From: a virus
Taxonomy: Duplodnaviria > Caudoviricetes
IMG/VR virus record: IMGVR_UViG_3300008964_000008
Coordinates: 1-38,806 of that record
Length of the DNA stretch: 38,806 nt
Reading direction: 5' to 3' (one strand)
The notes under the pieces were generated by a model, which saw only the letters and a list, made by a program, of their open reading frames with translations, was not told where the DNA came from and searched no databases. The number at the start of each line of letters is the position of its first letter. Position 1 is the first letter of the stretch. Of this stretch, positions 35,854 through 38,806 are shown piece by piece. A program made the position numbers and the translations under genes.

Positions 35854-35869
35854 AAAGATGATAGTGCAA
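35854..35869. repeat. 16-bp direct repeat copy 2 (AAAGATGATAGTGCAA)
   Basis: Identical to 21625-21640. Confidence 0.8.
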
Positions 35870-35896
35870 AGAAAGAAAGGGGGCTACAAACCCCCT
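35868..35896 (-). terminator. Rho-independent terminator ending the replication-side operon
   Basis: Minus strand AGGGGG-TTTGTAG-CCCCCT followed by TTCTTTCTTT; the loop contains the TAG stop of the 74-aa gene. Confidence 0.7.
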
Positions 35897-36108
35897 ACCT
35901 CTCTAAAAGTTTCCTCAACTATAGACATTTTACATTCCTCTTTATACTTTTTGAACTTGGCCGTCTTCCTGTCACAGAAGGTTTCTATTACCCTCCCTCT
36001 TGTGTACTGATCGTTAAGCCTGTCCTCTCCCATAACTACGCTAGGGATTAACCTAGACTGCTTGTCTGGGGTTATGACTATTACGTCTGCTACGTATACC
36101 TTTCCCAT
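35884..36108 (-). CDS. Hypothetical protein, 74 aa
   Basis: Coupled to the upstream gene by a TAATG overlap. Confidence 0.6.
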   Translation of the reverse strand: MGKVYVADVIVITPDKQSRLIPSVVMGEDRLNDQYTRGRVIETFCDRKTAKFKKYKEECKMSIVEETFREVGGL

Positions 36109-36506
36109 TATAACTCTTTGATTTTTAATATTATATAATCTTTTGTGTCGTCTGTTCTGATGAACTCGTACTTAAGTTCTGGAACATACTTGACATTATC
36201 TTCTATAATCCAATGCTGTTTCAAGGTGTCAAGGATTACTTTACACCAGATACCACACTTATTATCCAAGTCAAAGCTGGTTCGCTTAGCATAATACGTT
36301 ATGGTTATGGCTATCGGTTTCTTTATCTTGGGCAGCTCCTTAAACAAAGGGGTAATAAAAGCCTTCATAGTATCTACGATTTTCTTTCTCACCGTGTAGT
36401 GAGACGATCCATATATAGCGTTATAACTAATATAGGCGTACTTCCTTTTGCTTACTGCTACCTTTGTAGGTACTGGACCGAAGTCAATTGTGTGAGTCTT
36501 ACCCAT
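36108..36506 (-). CDS. rusA: RusA-like Holliday junction resolvase
   Basis: Catalytic pattern DLDN-x5-K-x-ILD-x-L...IIEDN preceded by a beta strand (IAITITYY). Confidence 0.75.
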   Translation of the reverse strand: MGKTHTIDFGPVPTKVAVSKRKYAYISYNAIYGSSHYTVRKKIVDTMKAFITPLFKELPKIKKPIAITITYYAKRTSFDLDNKCGIWCKVILDTLKQHWIIEDNVKYVPELKYEFIRTDDTKDYIILKIKEL

Positions 36507-36735
36507 CTAAACCTTTCTCCTTAACTTCTCGTTTGATTCTTTCTAAATACAATGCGAAGTCAAGTGCTTCCTGCTTAGCGTGTTCCAACCAATCTAATAG
36601 GCTCAAATCTGTACGATCTAGGGTTGTGTTATACTTTCGTATGCCTACATCTGATCTGTCCTTTAATTGGGTTCTAATAGCCTCTACAATAGAGTCCTCT
36701 TTTATTTGGTCGTTAGTTGTTGTCTGTGTCCACAT
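36499..36735 (-). CDS. Conserved small phage protein (possibly all-alpha NTP pyrophosphohydrolase-like)
   Basis: RSDVGIRKYNTTLDRTDL...WLEHAKQEALDFALYLE motif, common in Bacteroidota/aquatic phages. Confidence 0.55.
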   Translation of the reverse strand: MWTQTTTNDQIKEDSIVEAIRTQLKDRSDVGIRKYNTTLDRTDLSLLDWLEHAKQEALDFALYLERIKREVKEKGLDG

Positions 36736-36737
36736 AG

Positions 36738-36986
36738 TTATTCAATGTTTGTGCATTCGGTTATACATTCTGATGGATTTAATTTTTCTAAAGTTTTAAA
36801 TAGCCTTTTCAATCTTCCTCGTGAATACATAGTTTCACTTTGGTTGCTTGCAGCATAGAGCTTACTGTAAAGTACATCTTGAAGATATTTGTTCCATATA
36901 GCTGCGTTTAAAATTACATTAAACTTTTTTATATTAGGTCTTCTATACCTTTTAAGAAATGCATTTATTGTATCTAATGTTTTCAT
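36738..36986 (-). CDS. Hypothetical protein, 82 aa
   Basis: Tightly packed (2-nt gaps) in the minus-strand operon. Confidence 0.5.
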   Translation of the reverse strand: MKTLDTINAFLKRYRRPNIKKFNVILNAAIWNKYLQDVLYSKLYAASNQSETMYSRGRLKRLFKTLEKLNPSECITECTNIE

Positions 36987-36988
36987 AG

Positions 36989-37207
36989 TTATTTGTTTTT
37001 GTAAGTTTCTTTATAATATTTTTCTCCTTCTTCAAGCACATCTTCAAACCCCCACTTAGAACCTACATTGTGTGCCTTTATTATCTGTTGCTCAAACTTT
37101 TCTTTAGCTTTATTTAATATGGTATGCCAAGTTAGTCTATCCTTTGGCTCTTCCCATAGTTGTTCAAATAAGTATTCTACTGCTGTTTGTTGTTTTTTGT
37201 CGCTCAT
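36989..37207 (-). CDS. Small hypothetical of the QTAVE(W/Y)L type
   Basis: The likely start is ATG 37207 (MSDKKQQTAVEYL...AKEKFEQQIIKAH...YYKETY) rather than the TTG at 37228. Confidence 0.65.
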   Translation of the reverse strand: MSDKKQQTAVEYLFEQLWEEPKDRLTWHTILNKAKEKFEQQIIKAHNVGSKWGFEDVLEEGEKYYKETYKNK

Positions 37208-37221
37208 ATTATTTAATTTAT

Positions 37222-37476
37222 GGCTCAATAATGAGCCTTATAGGGTACAAAAAGTGGCATTTTGTATACATATAAAACACATTATAAAATTATTTTGTAT
37301 AAATCTATGATGAAATTTTCCATCATAACTACCAAATCCATACTTTAATGTGATTTCTTTCCATCATAACTATCATAAGTGCTTGAATTTTTCCAAAATC
37401 TTCATTCAGTTTGTCCAGTTTATTTACTAATTTACTGGACATTTTAGTCACAATTCTACAAATTTACGTGACTAAA
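37222..37476. repeat. Cluster of short inverted repeats plus a 15-bp direct repeat
   Basis: GGCTCA/TGAGCC, TACAAAA/TTTTGTA, TATGATG/CATCATA, TGTCCAGT/ACTGGACA and TTTAGTCAC/GTGACTAAA; TTTCCATCATAACTA at 37317 and 37358. Confidence 0.75.
37329..37442 (-). CDS. Possible 37-aa mini-ORF
   Basis: MSSKLVNKLDKLNEDFGKIQALMIVMMERNHIKVWIW, preceded by a TAAATTTG element (Bacteroidota -7-like). Confidence 0.3.
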   Translation of the reverse strand: MSSKLVNKLDKLNEDFGKIQALMIVMMERNHIKVWIW

Positions 37477-38806
37477 TCCAACCGTCATTGCCACCTGAGC
37501 TTTTAGTCTTAACCTCCACTGTTCTTGGATCTACGTATGATTCAGACATCAACAAAGTATTCTCGTCAAAGTCATAGACAACATTTGTATAGTTGCCAGA
37601 TCCTCTCTTATTGTAGCATCTAATATAGCCTATGTCTTTTCTATACTCGGTAAGATTATCAAATGATTTATCGGCATCAACAATCTGAGAAAGATAAATA
37701 GCTGCATCGCTATTATCAATAACCTTCTCACTTCCTCTAATCTTATTACGCAAGTCTCTTGTATCTAATGCTTCGCCTCTTGATGCGTGAACAATTAGAA
37801 ACACAGCAATGTTAAATTCAATAGCTAATTCTTTTAACTCCTTAGTGTGTTTATTAGCTGAAGCTAACTCGCTCTCGCTACCTTCCATCATTGACAATCC
37901 ATCAACAACCAATATATCTACACGGCCTAATCTCTCTCTTGTATCTAATAGCGCTTGACGATAATGGTCAGAGTTCATTGAACCATCAGAAGAAACCATA
38001 AGACGACTACCATACATCTCAACGATATGCTTTTGGATAAAGTCTCTAGCACCTTGCTTCTCTAGTTTATAAGCTTCTCTTACTGCTTCACTTACTGAAC
38101 CTTTATACGATCCGTTGAATGATTGATTAATAGTTCTATCTACAACTGAAGATGGACTCATCTCCATTGAACTATACAATCCTACTTGCTTACCTTCTTT
38201 AATGTTCTTTAATAAAACCTGCTGACAGAATAAAGATTTCTTGGAACCTGCGTAACCTGCAACTACGACAAGCTTGCCACGTAGCTTTCCTTTCAAGTCG
38301 TTATCCATATTACTAAAGCCTGTCCATACTGGGCTTGTCTCATCTACTTGCTCTCTTTCCCAATCCTCAATGTAATCAGCCAATGGTCTGAACGATGCCT
38401 TCCTAGTTACTTTCTTTTTAGCAATGGTATCGCTAGCAGAACGCATCATAGTTTTAATCTCTCTCTCATCTATTGGATTGCCAGATGCAACATTGGCATT
38501 CTGAATGATTTGATAAACAGCTTCTGGGTATAAACCTTTCTCCAATAGCATTACCGCTTGCTTATAATATTGGGTATTTCTGTTGCCTTCCATTGCAGGA
38601 GCAAAGAATCCTTCTAGGTTTTCTACGCCTAAAGAAACTACAATCGCTCTAGATGTAATACTATTCCATAAGTCGGCAAGCTTGTTGTTATACTTTGGAT
38701 TATAACCAGTGGGTGGTTTCCAATTACTTCTTGGTTCCTTAGCTAAATCTCTAATCTGCTCATCGCTAAGTTCCATAATCTCTTGGTAAGAAACAGGAAT
38801 CTTATA
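37472..38806 (-). CDS. Primase-helicase: PriCT-like domain + DnaB-like SF4 helicase (5'-truncated)
   Basis: The frame is open to the window end (YKIPVSYQEIM...). EGNRN...PIDEREI is PriCT-like. TGF..D, Walker A AGYAGSKKS, SMEM, Walker B ILVVDGL, LKELA and RGS...D motifs. Confidence 0.85.
   Translation of the reverse strand, partial: YKIPVSYQEIMELSDEQIRDLAKEPRSNWKPPTGYNPKYNNKLADLWNSITSRAIVVSLGVENLEGFFAPAMEGNRNTQYYKQAVMLLEKGLYPEAVYQIIQNANVASGNPIDEREIKTMMRSASDTIAKKKVTRKASFRPLADYIEDWEREQVDETSPVWTGFSNMDNDLKGKLRGKLVVVAGYAGSKKSLFCQQVLLKNIKEGKQVGLYSSMEMSPSSVVDRTINQSFNGSYKGSVSEAVREAYKLEKQGARDFIQKHIVEMYGSRLMVSSDGSMNSDHYRQALLDTRERLGRVDILVVDGLSMMEGSESELASANKHTKELKELAIEFNIAVFLIVHASRGEALDTRDLRNKIRGSEKVIDNSDAAIYLSQIVDADKSFDNLTEYRKDIGYIRCYNKRGSGNYTNVVYDFDENTLLMSESYVDPRTVEVKTKSSGGNDGWI

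Noticed and set aside
37222-37476. CRISPR mini-array or tRNA
   Set aside because: Only two 15-bp direct repeats are present, the palindromes are all different, and no cloverleaf or T-loop (GTTC) signature was seen.
583-38533. Numerous short antisense or alternate-frame ORFs in the track (e.g. 583-804, 2407-2665, 3969-4329, 19666-19911, 27632-28631, 35749-37310 plus strand)
   Set aside because: They lie largely within or opposite well-supported genes and lack motifs; treated as shadow ORFs.
1-38806. Stop-codon reassignment (TAG/TGA) as in some crAss-like phages
   Set aside because: Long ORFs tile the window under the standard code, and TAG terminates MCP and the helicase at sensible positions.

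Overview
A 38.8 kb segment of an AT-rich tailed (podovirus-like) bacteriophage. The host is most likely a Bacteroidota, since leaders are A-rich with no Shine-Dalgarno motif and there is a u-spanin. The morphogenesis module resembles crAss-like phages and uses the standard genetic code. Plus strand: truncated terminase large subunit, portal, scaffold, major capsid protein, a conserved hypothetical, a lysis cassette (GH19 endolysin, an unannotated 59-aa holin, u-spanin), three ring/connector proteins, three tail-fibre paralogues sharing an N-terminal anchor, and a tail muzzle/stabilisation protein. Minus strand, converging on a bidirectional terminator: a ~14 kb block of probable ejected (internal virion) proteins. 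It includes a 2342-aa polyvalent protein with two HExxH zincin motifs, GNAT-like and LPD23-like domains and no RNA polymerase motif, with a ferritin and a GIY-YIG/NUMOD3 endonuclease embedded in the block. Beyond it lie a RusA-like resolvase, small genes, a palindrome-dense intergenic tract and a truncated primase-helicase. Main observations: (i) a GCGTATTATAT motif 22-34 nt upstream of eight structural genes on both strands (candidate late promoter); (ii) a recurring I-Q-P-S motif at the domain boundaries of the polyvalent protein (candidate self-processing sites); (iii) a ferritin with a eukaryote-like QxxAxxE helix inside the ejection block; (iv) a 16-bp direct repeat beside both terminators that bracket that block. 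All family assignments come from motif recognition and synteny, not database searches.
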